DNA from: Eledone cirrhosa | Taxonomy: Eukaryota | Length of the DNA stretch: 64,000 nucleotides | NCBI GenBank assembly: GCA_964016885.1 | Contig: OZ024742.1 | Coordinates: 171,430,001-171,494,000 of the forward strand | Direction: 5' to 3' | Part shown: positions 1 through 14,254 of the stretch, piece by piece | Layout: each line of letters begins with the position of its first letter | Position numbering within the stretch: position 1 is the first letter of the stretch | The notes under the pieces: generated by a model | Seen by the model: only the letters and a program-made list of their open reading frames with translations | Told to the model about the DNA's origin: nothing | Database searches by the model: none | Position numbers and translations under genes: made by a program

Positions 1-361
1 TATCTCCTTTTGTAATAGTTATTAATTTGATTTCCATACAAAGCTTGTTTTTCTTGCTTACGGTCACGTTACTACACCATAGATGAAGTTCAAATTAGAT
101 TTATGGATATATATCTTTACATTTACACCATTTCCCTTCAGCTACCGTTGATTTGTATATTGCTTGTTCTATTTTTGTTTTGTTTCTTGTCATTCTTCAC
201 AATTTTTTGTCCCCTTCACTTACATTCATCCATTGCCTCTATAGTCATTTCCCTGCATATCTTCGTTTATACAAATACGCAATACCATGTATGCATATAT
301 ACATACGCACAAACACCTATACATATAATATATATATATATATATATCCATATATATATAT

Positions 362-439
<78 letters not shown>

Positions 440-469
440 ATATATATTTATATATATATGGATATATAC

Positions 470-583
<114 letters not shown>

Positions 584-678
584 AATGAAGTAATACCGTC
601 GGAAAGGTCCAGGAAAAAGAGTGCTCTATGTAGGTTACATAGCTTAATAGTTATGTAATAAACAACACAAGGCAATTA

Positions 679-739
679 TTTCATTTACCAGTGGTTTCTT
701 GAAAGCAAACAAATTTTGTTTTCAATCATCAGAATGAAA
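679..739 (-). ncRNA. Type I hammerhead ribozyme (family A PLE 3' UTR)
   Basis: Minus strand: tttcatt-CTGATGA-ttgaaa...tttcaa-GAAA-cc act gg-TA-aatgaaa. Stems I, II and III pair; GUA cleavage triplet. Confidence 0.85.
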
Positions 740-1048
740 AAATCTTGCTGTATTTATTGGCATTGGATTTTAAAAACAAAAATATTATCTATATGAAAGT
801 TAGGCTGCAAAAGGAAGAAACAAAGGAAAAATAAACACACACATGCACACACACACACACACAATTACATACACACAGATATATACATACACATATATAA
901 TTACATACATATACACATATATATACATACATACACATATACATACACGTACAAATACACATACATATAGATATACATACATACACAAATATATATCAAC
1001 ATTTCCATACATACACATACACACAAATACACAAACACACATATACAC

Positions 1049-1137
<89 letters not shown>

Positions 1138-1138
<1 letters not shown>

Positions 1139-1285
1139 GATATTAATAAATGGAAACTATATTTATAAAACCATATTTATTTCATTATACATATTTCAAG
1201 GACACTCCAAATATTTGTTGAGTGCTTTATATCAGTTATAAAAATATTTGCTTGTTGTATCCCAACAATTTAAATAGAACTTTTA
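1138..1285 (+). mobile_element. Family B PLE-end mini-insertion (short inverted arm plus tail) in (TA)n
   Basis: Matches 59099-59423 and 35700-36101; (TA)n on both sides. Confidence 0.7.
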
Positions 1286-1287
1286 CT

Positions 1288-1368
<81 letters not shown>

Positions 1369-1639
1369 ATATATATATATACACATACACATAATCATAC
1401 ATATATCCACACGTACATACACACACATACATACACATATATACACGCATACATACGCATACATATAGATATATGTACACACACCTACATACGCACACAC
1501 ACAATTAATTATAAGAAAAAATATAATAATAAAAATACCGTCACATAAGAATAACAAAATAAATGTAAAAATTATTATAAAGTTGACATATATATATATA
1601 TGTATATATATAGACATATATATATATATATATTTATAC

Positions 1640-2453
1640 CTTATCTTCGTCTCTAGACATTTTTACTAAAGCCGCCCCTTATTATAAGCCCTTAATAACA
1701 GCGGATTTACAGAACACATTAATTATTTACCTACTCCTCCTCCTACAACTAACCACAATAATAGGAAAAGGAAAATTATTTGGTTTACACACCCCTTCTT
1801 TTTAACTGTCAAAACTAATGTATGAAGGAAATTCCGTGACCTCTTAGACAAACATTTTCCTCCTAATCATAGATATTATAAGATATTTAATAGAAATGTA
1901 GTTAATATAAGTTACTCTTGCTGCCCATCAATCTAGGTCTAAAATCACTAATTCTAATCGTACGAGAATAAATCCAGGATGCAGTTGCAGGAAGCCGGAT
2001 GATTGCCCATTACAGGGCAAATGTAACACCAAATCCGTTGTATATGAGGCCAAAGTGACACCTTTAATTAACAACCAGCCAGGCAGGAGTGAACGATATG
2101 TTGGCATGACTCAGGACAGTTTAAAACCAGGTTTTATGCACATGTCGCTTCTTTTAAACACTCCCATAAAAAAAACAGCAACGGCTCTCGCAAATAAGGT
2201 GTGGGAATTCAAGGATAAAAACATCCCGTACTCTATCGATTGGTCTATTTTAGACCATTCAAGGGAGTACCAAAGGGGCACAAAGAATTGTTCTTTCTTT
2301 ATCACTGAAAAATTTATTTAGGATTTTACGAAACTTGAAAGCCACTTCAATTTGCCTGAACTCCAAGACCGAGATCTTCAGATGTTGTCCTCACCTGAAA
2401 TCACATCTGATCTGTAATGGATTGACATTCCTACGATGACTCAACCACCTTGA
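1640..2453 (+). pseudogene. Frameshifted 3' part of PLE ORF (thumb, Cys linker, GIY-YIG)
   Basis: Colinear with the C-terminal third of the 23019-25115 protein (RKRKIIWFTPP, CSCRKPDDCPLQGKC, ERYVGMTQD, ending QPP*), with stops and frameshifts. Confidence 0.92.
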
Positions 2454-2682
2454 ACTTCTTCTCTACTCTCTTCGCCTTACATCCACTACGAATTTTTTAC
2501 CTTCTGAACTCACTTTCTGTACTCATATTCTTTTTCTCCCTTATCTCCCCTTGTATTTAAACCTTTTCCTATGTATTTATTTTCCTTATTCCCCCCCCCC
2601 CTACTTTCTAACTTACCCTTTACATACCCAGCTTTTTTATTTTTAGATATTTATTTCTATGTGTGTGTGTGTGTGTGTTACG

Positions 2683-2759
<77 letters not shown>

Positions 2760-2766
<7 letters not shown>

Positions 2767-3010
2767 GAGAAGAAAGAAGAATACTGCGTGGTTGCACATG
2801 GGTTACATATGATAAAATTAGTCCTTCGTCAGTGATATGCCAACCATCATTGATATTTCACCGCATTATATATATCGCATTAATTATACCTCAGGTTGGT
2901 GCGAGCAATAACTAAAAATACCAATTGTGATAAGTAAATCGCGTAAAGCGAGTGAGACAAGTAAACAACATAGAAGGAAGAAATCAACGCAAAGATGGGA
3001 GTAAACAAGC
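2760..3010 (-). mobile_element. Family O (TA)n-embedded repeat; other copies at 3333-3441, 7874-8130 and 8385-8520
   Basis: Four near-identical copies starting aaacatgagaagaaagaagaatactgcgtggttgcac, each next to (TA)n. Confidence 0.7.
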
Positions 3011-3122
3011 AACATAGGTATGTATATGTATGTGTATATATAATTATGTATATCTGTACGTATATGTATGCGTGTTTATAATTGTATATTATATGCTGCT
3101 GTTGTATTTGTGTGTGTGTGTG

Positions 3123-3166
<44 letters not shown>

Positions 3167-3169
<3 letters not shown>

Positions 3170-3292
3170 TTAATATAGATGGGATTCTACAGGACTAGAA
3201 CTGTTTCATTCTTTAGAAATCATCAGGAATCTCTGCAATGCATTGAGTACCTTACTTACTGTGGTTACCTCCGATTCAACCCGGAATAACGT
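3167..3292. mobile_element. Family C mini-element: inverted HHR arm (HHR on - strand, 3182-3232) plus tail
   Basis: Matches 20285-20483 and 35238-35438. Minus strand gattc-CTGATGA-tttctaaagaat-GAAA-cag...ctg-TA-gaatc. Confidence 0.8.
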
Positions 3293-3295
3293 ACC

Positions 3296-3338
<43 letters not shown>

Positions 3339-3438
3339 ATGAGAAGTAAGAAGAATACTGCGTGGTTGCACATGGGTTACATATGATAAAAATAGTCCTT
3401 CGTCAGTGATTTTCCAACCATCATTGGTATTTCATCGC

Positions 3439-3572
<134 letters not shown>

Positions 3573-4051
3573 TGTTTATATTTGTGTGTGTGTATTTTTA
3601 TTAAGGTGGTGACGTAACTTTTTGTAGATATGTGTGGGTGTGTGTATATGTACATTTTTATATAATTGTTTATGTGTGTATATATATATAATAGCCTCAG
3701 AAATGGATTGAGCTCTGCCGTCGTGGTCATACTTTTTATTATATGTACATATATATGTATATATATGTATACTTGTATGGTTGTGTGTGTGTATATATAT
3801 GTATATGTATATATGTATGTGTATGTATAATTACATACAGTGATTTAATGCTTATTTTCATTGATCATGTGCTCCAGGAACTTGTTGAGTGCTCTAAATC
3901 AGCTATAAACATTTATACCCTTTTCTAATCATTTATTTATTTATTATTTGTCGTATTCCCATATATTTGTTTACCCCTTTCACCTTTTTATTTATATATT
4001 TATATAATATTTATGTATTTTCTTATATATATGTGTGTGTGTATATGTATG

Positions 4052-4150
<99 letters not shown>

Positions 4151-4277
4151 TTATATATATATATATATTTAAGAGTTAAAGAAGGTTCAATGAATACATC
4201 TAAGAATGAGTTTTATACACATACATGTGTGTGTATGTATGTATTTATATGTATGTGTGTGTGTATATGTATGTATA

Positions 4278-4328
<51 letters not shown>

Positions 4329-5055
4329 ATGGGTATGTGTATATGTATGTGTGTGTGTGTGTGTATGTATTTATTTTCATGTATGTATGTGCAATTGTGT
4401 GTATTGCTTACCACGTTTGTTTGTTCATTTATTTGTTGCCTGTATCGCTGTCAACTTTATAATAATTTTTACATTTATTTTTATTCTTATGTGACGGTAT
4501 TTTCATTATTATATTTTTTCTTATAATTAATTGTGTGAGCGTATGTATGTGTGTGTACTTATATCTATATTTGTGTATGCGTATGTATGCGTGTATATAT
4601 GTGTATGTATGTGTGTGTATTTACGTGTGTATACATGTATGATTATGTGTATGTATATATATATCTATCTTTATATATATATATATATATATACATGTGT
4701 ATCTGTATGTGTATGTATGGATAAGTTGATATATATGTGTGTATGTATGTATATCTATATGTATGTGTATTAGTACGTGTATGTATATCTGTATGCATGT
4801 ATGTATGTATGTATGTATGTATGTATGTATGTATGTATGTATGTATGTATGTATGTATGTATGTATGCATGTATGTATGTATGTATGTATGTATGTATGT
4901 ATCTATATGTATGTATATATGTGTATGTATATATGTAAATGTGTGTGTGTGCATGTGTGTTTATTTTCCCTTTCCTTCTTCCTTTTCCAGCCTCATTTTC
5001 ATATAGATTATATTTTTGTTTTTAAAATCCAATGTCAATAAATACACCAGGATTT

Positions 5056-5116
5056 TTTCATTCTGATGATTGAAAGCAACATTTGTTTCCTTTCAAGCAA
5101 CCACTGGTAAATGAAA
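5056..5116 (+). ncRNA. Family A hammerhead with mutated core (GCAA for GAAA)
   Basis: tttcatt-CTGATGA-ttgaaag...ctttcaa-GCAA-ccactgg-TA-aatgaaa. Confidence 0.7.
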
Positions 5117-5182
5117 TAATTGCCTTATGTTGTTTATTACATAAATATATATATATATATATAAATATATATATATGGATAT

Positions 5183-5395
<213 letters not shown>

Positions 5396-5399
5396 TACA

Positions 5400-5957
5400 T
5401 ATACGTATGTACGTATACATACATACTTACATTTAAGTAAGTGCCATACTAAGAGTGAGAAATGAAATTTTGTTTTCATTTTATTTCAACTTATCGTTTT
5501 CGGTATGCCTGACCGATTTAACTCACTCAATATGCAAATTAGGCTGCTCAGCCGTTAATTTTCATAAGGAAAGTATATACTTTCGAACGTTCAACTATCT
5601 GGCAGATGGGTATACGGTGCTGATGATAGCTAACAACCTTGAAACTAGTACATCGTTCCTGTGTCAGTGTTGAACAAAAAGGTGACGTGGTTGCCTTAAC
5701 ACCGTATGGCATAAATTCAGGCTGTTCAGTTTGTTTACAAACGAACCAAGCGGCGTTATAATGAGCGTCCGCTAAACTGATGCGTGCATATATGTATGTG
5801 TACCTGTATGTATATATATATATATATATATATGTGTGCATGCTACTGTACGTCTGTATACATATATGTATGTACGTATACATACATACTTACATTTAAG
5901 TAAGTGCCATACTAAGAGTGAGAAATGAAATTTCGTTTTCATTTTATTTCAACTTAT
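5400..5957 (+). mobile_element. Retrozyme-like non-coding repeat (family R), ~470-bp monomer plus partial tandem copy
   Basis: 5406-5493 recurs at ~5870-5957; contains a minimal HHR; homologous copies at 19505-20058 and 56718-57280. Confidence 0.8.
5614..5656 (+). ncRNA. Minimal type I hammerhead (family R)
   Basis: acggtg-CTGATGA-tagctaacaacctt-GAAA-CTAG-TA-catcgt. The palindromic CTAG loop III is typical of dimer-acting minimal HHRs. Confidence 0.85.
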
Positions 5958-5969
5958 ATATATATATAT

Positions 5970-6658
<689 letters not shown>

Positions 6659-6874
6659 TGGAGAGATGGCTGGTTGAATATACAAGTGCTCCCCCCCCCC
6701 AAAAAAAAATCGCCTTCCTTCGTCGTCTCACTCTCTATCTTTCTGTTTCATCTTTTATTTCTCATTCTATCTTAAGATGAAGAACAAGTGTCCGAAACGT
6801 TTAGACTCGTTCTCTAGTATAGCAAGTATTAAACTAATATATTTCGTCATTGTAATGTATAGCCTGTTGTTATT

Positions 6875-6913
<39 letters not shown>

Positions 6914-6953
6914 CCCCCCCCCCCTCTCTCTCTCTCCCTCCCCTCTCTCTCTC

Positions 6954-7003
<50 letters not shown>

Positions 7004-7659
7004 CTCACACGCATGTAAATGTATATGTATATAAGTGCGTATGTGTGAATCCTTATTTGTGATTACGCTTATGTTTGAATCTGCATTAATGTCTCGTAAC
7101 CTAGAGGTTCAACGAACATGTGATCAATAAAATTAGTTCTGAAATGGACTTGATCGACTAAATCACTGCATGTCTTTTGCCCCAGCATTGCCGTCCATTA
7201 ATGAGTTAAACAGAATAAAAGCATTAAGAACTACCTGTTTAATGTAAATTACTATCATTGTTTCCAGGCCATTGAAGCTGCTATGAAACCGTGTGGAATA
7301 CTAGAGTAAGAAGATGAATGGTCGTCCTGTAAGAAGGCTTTACAAGGCATTAACGATATCTCTCCTGAAGGTAATGTGAATTATGAGCTGCTAGAATGGA
7401 TGAGTAAAGTGGAGTGTATTAGAACTGCAATGTCTCCAAAAACGAAATTACTCCAAACTACAAACGATGAAACATGGAGCATAATGGCATGCCAGTCTGA
7501 CACGGGTTCCTTTCATTTTTACTGTAATTTCCTATCTATATTTAATATTTTCTCTCTCATACCTATATACGCATCTGTGAAAACACCCACCCACACCAAC
7601 TTACGTACACACATACACACACACATATATATTTATAAACGATTATCATTATTGTTATT

Positions 7660-7850
7660 GGCGGGGGATTGGCAGTATCGGTAGAGGGTCGGACGCCATG
7701 CTTTACAGCATAGTTACGTCCCTTTACGGACTGAGTTCAAATCCCGCCGAGATTAACTTTGCCTTTCATCCTTACGGGGTCGATAAAATAAAGTACCAGT
7801 AATAGACTGGAATAATTGCTGGCCTTGTGCCAAAAAGTAGAAACAATTAT
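7660..7850 (+). mobile_element. tRNA-derived SINE family 1 (octopus-type)
   Basis: A-box-like tggcagtatcgg, B-box gagttcaaatcc, core ttaactttgcctttcatccttacggggtcgataaaataaagtaccag; more than 10 copies in the window. Confidence 0.85.
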
Positions 7851-8531
7851 TGTTATTGTATATATATATATATAAACATGAGAAGAAAGAAGAATACTGC
7901 GTGGTTTGCACATTGGTTACATATGATAAAAATAGTCACTCGTCAGTGATTTTCCAAACATCATTGGTATTTCATCGCATTAAAAATCAGATACCTCAGG
8001 TTGGTGCGAGCAATAATCTAAAGATAGTTATAGGGATCAGTAATTGCGTAAAGCGAGGGGGACAAGTGAACAACATAGAAGGATAAAAACAAACCAAATA
8101 AAGGAAATAAACAAGCAACTTGGTAGTCCTGGGTGGATTTCATGAGCCAAAAGTAAAGACGTCCGACCTGAGTGAGAAGTAAGCAAGTAGAGGCCCACTG
8201 TTAGCCAAACGAGAGGAAGTGAGAAGGGGAGAAACAGAGAGTGAGTGAGTGGAAGTGCGAGGAAGCGGTCAGTCGAGAGAAAGTGTAACTGACAGAGGGG
8301 GCGAAAGAAGGTGAGAGAAACAGAGAGAGCGGGGAAGCAGTAAGAGAGAAACAGACAAACGCAGCCGAGGTAAATATATATAAAAAACATGAGAAGAAAG
8401 AAGAATACTGCGTGGTTGCACATAGGTTACATATGATAAAAATAGTCCTTCGTCAGTGATTTTCCAAACATCATTGGTATTTCATCGCATTAAAAATCAG
8501 ATACTTAAGGTTGGTGCGATATATATATATA

Positions 8532-8744
8532 AGGGCGGTGGATTGGCAGTATCGATAGATGGTCGGACGCTATGGTTTGCAGCATAGAATTACGGCTCTT
8601 TATGATCTGAGTTCAAATCCCGCCGTGGTTAACTTTGCCTTTCATCCTTACTGGGTCGATAAAATAAAGTACCGCACTGGGTTCGATTTAATCGACTTTC
8701 CCCTCCCCCAAAATTGCTGGTCTTGTGCCTATATAAGAAACCAT

Positions 8745-8775
<31 letters not shown>

Positions 8776-8950
8776 GTTTCTACATTAGGCACAAGGCCAG
8801 TACATTGCTGGTACTTTATTTTATCGACCCCGTAAGGATGAAAAGCAAAGTTAACCTCGGCGGGATTTGAACTCAGACTGCAAAGGGACGTAACTATGCT
8901 AGAAAGCACGGCGTCCAACCCTCTACCGATACTGCCAATTCACCGCCCTT
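8532..8950. mobile_element. Two SINE family 1 copies tail-to-tail (8532-8745 +, 8773-8950 -) around (TA)n
   Basis: Same SINE core on opposite strands. Confidence 0.85.
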
Positions 8951-9962
8951 ATATATATATATATAATGATAATCGTTTCCATTTCAGGAACAAAGGAAGT
9001 GATTTGGAGGCGGTGGGGAAATAAAGTCGATCAAATCAACACCAGTACCTGACTGGTACTTTATTTTCTTGAAGCCAGAAGGATGAAAGGAAAACATTAC
9101 GGTGAAGGGATATTTCGGCCAACGCTCTAAAGATGCTCTCAACAATAACATAAAATAAATGCTAATAAAATTTTAATAACCAAGGAGTAATAATGACTAA
9201 ATATTCCTTAATAATAGGTGTGTAGTAATGTGTTTGGGTTACGACTGGATTGTCGTGAGTTTTATGAGTTATAATCTTTGATAGGGCAGTGTGTTGTATC
9301 CTTGAGCAATGTCTTTATTTCATGTTGTTCCAGCTCACTCAGCTGGAGGAATAGGCTCCATATGCTATTGGATAACATCAATGATATGGGTAAACAGGAC
9401 TGGAACACATGGGCGATAGCAGGCTTTCCACAAAACACTTTTCCAGACGAGTACAACCCATGTTCAGACATAGATGGGATATATAATGGGGCTAGAGGTA
9501 GTACTAAACCTTTTATTTAAAAAATGATATTGATTATTGTTCGTTCTCGTCTCTCTTCTATTCATTTTATTGTCGTTTATTTTATCATTTACAAAACAGT
9601 GATATAAGACTCAAATAAAAGTCTGCTAGCCCATAAGTTTGGACTATTTATAAACACGAATAATAATAGAACGCAGACAGAAATAGTATGAATACAATGA
9701 ACGAATGTTATATATATATATATATATATATTGAGAGAGAGAGAGAGGGAAAGAGAGATGGATAGATAAATAGATAGCCAAATAAACAAAGCATATATAT
9801 ATATGCAAATATAAATGTGTATGTCTATTTATTCATCCTTTCACTACAAACTCAGTCACTGTCTCTCTGTCCTCCTTCTTTCATATACACCCAAACACAC
9901 ATGCACAGACATCAGGCACGTACATACAAGCGCGCGCGCACGCACACACACACACACACACA

Positions 9963-10070
<108 letters not shown>

Positions 10071-10431
10071 ACAGACACATATATATATATATGTAAAATA
10101 TGGGCATTCTCTTTTAAACTCATATATTTCTGTCCTCTCTGAAATAACACAAAAGTCATTTAAGTAAAGTAGAATATGATGTTAACAATGTTTACCCAAT
10201 TGATTGCCAATATCGCAAATAAAATAAAATAGAATAAAACACATTAAAAAGAAGTATCTATCTTAAAAGAAAACCACTTCAGAAACAATATTTTCCTCAT
10301 AATATTTCAAGCTGGTGTAAAGGAAATAGGTCAGAAAATGGAAGAAGGTAGAGTATAAAAGAAATAGCAACATACACCATTCGTGAAATACCCACACACC
10401 CACATATATACGTGTATAGGTATATGTATAT

Positions 10432-10673
<242 letters not shown>

Positions 10674-10900
10674 TATATATATATGTAAAATGTATACAAA
10701 ATACATACATTATATATATATATATTGAAGTCGTTATTTTAATAACATACTACTTTCGTTTACAATATTGTCCATATTATCCAACTTGGAGCTTTGACAA
10801 CCATTCGTCTCACAATAAAATAGATTAATTCCTCCGAATGAAAATTGTTTTTCACACACTCACGCACATCTCCCTCCTCTCTGTTTCTCTTCTTTATATA

Positions 10901-10976
<76 letters not shown>

Positions 10977-11206
10977 GTTACTATGTATTACTTAGAATAC
11001 ATAGTAACTAAACATTGCAATGCATTTTAAGTAAAATAAATTATCTTTATGTTTATATAGGTCCTTAATTTTATAAATTATAATTCCCACCCAAATTACA
11101 TACGTGCGTGGAGCGCGGCACTACATCTTTAGCTCATGCATGTGAGATGTTTAATAACATAGAGTGGATATATAGTCTGGGATATGATGTTATGACTTTG
11201 TGGTTG

Positions 11207-11238
<32 letters not shown>

Positions 11239-11240
<2 letters not shown>

Positions 11241-11320
11241 AAGGCGGGTAAAATTCCCGAGATCCATGGACGAGTTCTCTCCAGCGGTCTCTGTCCCTCA
11301 TTATCGCTGCCATATCCTGC
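11239..11320 (-). mobile_element. RTE-like LINE 3' terminus
   Basis: Reverse complement of 51331-51412 (DMAAIMRDRDRWRELVHGSREFYPP*). Confidence 0.75.
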
Positions 11321-11548
11321 AAGTGTTTTTTAGCCTTCATATCATGTTCTCCTGTTTTATCTGATGAAAACACAAATATTATTGCATGATGATGTTTGCT
11401 TTTTGAAATGCGCATAATAAAATACATGGAACTCCTTTAACCATCTTTTGATCTTATATTATGCATACTCCAGTCCTACAAACTGTAGAGTGCTTCTTAT
11501 CCGATATCTGCATTGCTTTATTGTACTACAATAAAACTCACCTCCTAC
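11321..11548 (+). mobile_element. Family F PLE-end arm with HHR (11353-11424) and tail
   Basis: tgttttat-CTGATGA-aaacacaaatatt...gatgtttgcttttt-GAAA-TGCGCA-TA-ataaaata; homologous to 20670-21035 and 17093-17250. Confidence 0.8.
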
Positions 11549-11550
11549 AT

Positions 11551-11665
<115 letters not shown>

Positions 11666-11680
11666 TATATTTATATATAG

Positions 11681-11748
<68 letters not shown>

Positions 11749-11768
11749 TTTATATATATATATATATA

Positions 11769-11801
<33 letters not shown>

Positions 11802-11806
<5 letters not shown>

Positions 11807-13939
11807 GAGTTAACAAGATTCAATGAGTATATCAAAGAATGAGTTTTACAGTAGATTGGAAGCACTCTACAATAAAATAATTTTCTAGAGTTATTAATAT
11901 TAAAATAAAATATTAATAAAATAGATGTTCTTTTGATCAATAAAATTTTATTATACATATTTCAGAGGTACAACAGTACGTCATTATCAGACAAAATATA
12001 ATGATAAATGACATACCCTGAGATGTTAAATGGTTAAGATTTAATCAAGGTAGAGAAAACTCAAGATTTATACATTGCAAGCCTCCCATAAGACCAGAAA
12101 AAAACACTAAGCCATTAAACTTGGTTTTTAGACGTAAATAATCAACAGTTGAAAACCTTAATGGCCTTTAATATTGCTTTATCTTATAACTATCTATAGA
12201 AGGAATAACGATTGAATGAATGACACTTGTTCAATAACACGCTCACACGTTGATATACATACCATAATATTATTAACTTTGATCCATACCATTATTCTCT
12301 ATCTTTATTTTCCTACCTAAATTTTAATTTTAGTTTAAATATCCAACCTGTAATTTTTTACGGAACTTATTTTTAACTGTGAATCATTCATGTGTTTACA
12401 CTCTTTTATTTATAATATGTATGTATCTTTTGTAAGTTTTAAATATACCAACCTTTATATTTTTCTATCCATGATTTAAATATAGTTCTAATATCCAACC
12501 TGTAAACTTTTACGGACCTTATTTTGAACTGTGAATCATCCATGCTTTTACACTCTTTTTATATATATGTATGTATTTAACTTTCGCATCTTGGAATTCC
12601 TAATATAAGATTGTAATCGTTTTCATTTACCAAAAGAATACTGTCTCACTAATACTTAGTATATCTTTCTATACCTAATTTTTAGATAATTTTTAAATTT
12701 TTAGATTATTAATTTTGAACTGTGAATAATTCATGCCTTTACACTCTTTTAAATATATGTATGTATTTAACATTAGCATGTTTGAATCTATTATTTTATA
12801 TTCGTTATCATTTACCAAAAGTATACTGGCTCATTAATACTTAGTATATCTTTATACCTAATTTTTATTTTTGCAAATATAAATATGTGTATCTGTATAA
12901 TAACATAATCATATTATTAGTTACGTATATCTCAGCTTTTGTGTTTTTTTTGCATATATATCTATAGTGTATAATGACATAATTACCGTTTTGGTTTAAC
13001 GCTATATATAGTTTGTGCAAATATAGATATTTGAACAATAGCATATTTATTATTTAGAGTTTATTCCTCTCATGAATGTAGAAGTTATATAGAGATTTAA
13101 TATAATATAACAAATATTAATATATTATCATAATTTCACACACACATATATATATATAAGTGGCTGAAAACTCTGCCTTAATCATTACACTAACTACTTG
13201 ACAATAAATGTTCAGATATTTCTAACAATAAGTAATTCATAAGCTTTACATACCGAAAATGTTGACATTCTTATAGGTAATTTTCGTTAAAGATTACATT
13301 TAAGAAAATGTTCAACAATGTAAACTTTCCTTTCGCTGGCCAAGTAAATCCTTTAAATTTTGTCTTCATAAAATTCAGAATTTTAGAAATGTTTACACAT
13401 TTATTGAATTTATAAAATTAATAAATATAAATAACCATCAACTTTTAATAAAACTTAATATTTTGATTCTTCACCCTTAAAATAACATAAATTAAATATT
13501 TTGAAACGTAACCGTTTAGCCCTTAAGGGAAAAAAAATGTTCTGCATATATTACTCCCCTTTATCTCTCCCTCTCTTTAAATCTTCTATCAGTTGCCTTC
13601 ATAAACTGTTATAGTTCAAGAGACGTTTTCCTAGATAATCTCAATTTGTAGTATCCCACATTTTAAAATCTCTATAGCTGTCACATTAAGCAACGTTTTT
13701 CTTACTCATACATCATCGATTGAATTTATTACGTTTTCGCATTTTCTCATTATTAGGGTATACATGTTGAGTTTTCTCTTAGGCTAATCACTACCTTGAT
13801 TAAATCTTAACCATTTAACATCTCAAGGTATGTCATGTATCATTATTTTTGTCTGATGAGGACGTACTGTTGTACCTCTGAAATATGTATAATAAAATGT
13901 AATTGATAAAAAAAACAACTATTTTATTAATATTTGTAT

Positions 13940-13945
<6 letters not shown>
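11802..13945. mobile_element. Family E element: ~2.1 kb bounded by inverted HHR arms, with an AT-rich internally repetitive interior
   Basis: 11895-12062 is the reverse complement of ~13770-13945; tail only on the left; internal repeats at ~12341, ~12492 and ~12715. Confidence 0.7.
13846..13898 (+). ncRNA. Type I hammerhead (family E)
   Basis: ttttgt-CTGATGA-ggacgtac tgtt gtacctct-GAAA-tatgta-TA-ataaaa. Confidence 0.75.
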
Positions 13946-14036
<91 letters not shown>

Positions 14037-14201
14037 TACAGGCATATATATATATATAAAGTTGTTAAACAATATTCGATGATTATGTCAAATAATGAGT
14101 TTTACAGTAGATTGGAAGCACTCAACGGTAAAATAATTTTCAGGAGTTATTAATATTAAAATATAAGTATTAATAAAATAGATGTTCTTTTGATCAATTA
14201 C

Positions 14202-14254
14202 ATTTTATTATACATATTTCGGATGTACAACAGTACGTCCTCATCAGACAAAAT
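14202..14254 (-). ncRNA. Type I hammerhead (family E, within minus arm 14058-14470)
   Basis: attttgt-CTGATGA-ggacgtac tgtt gtacatcc-GAAA-tatgta-TA-ataaaat. Confidence 0.8.

Noticed and set aside
7269-7306. Possible micro-exon (tttccag|GCCATTGAAGCT...CTAGA|gtaag)
   Set aside because: Splice-like signals alone are common; no partner exons or recognisable protein.
7660-7750. tRNA gene
   Set aside because: A and B boxes are present but there is no cloverleaf; it is the head of a multi-copy SINE.
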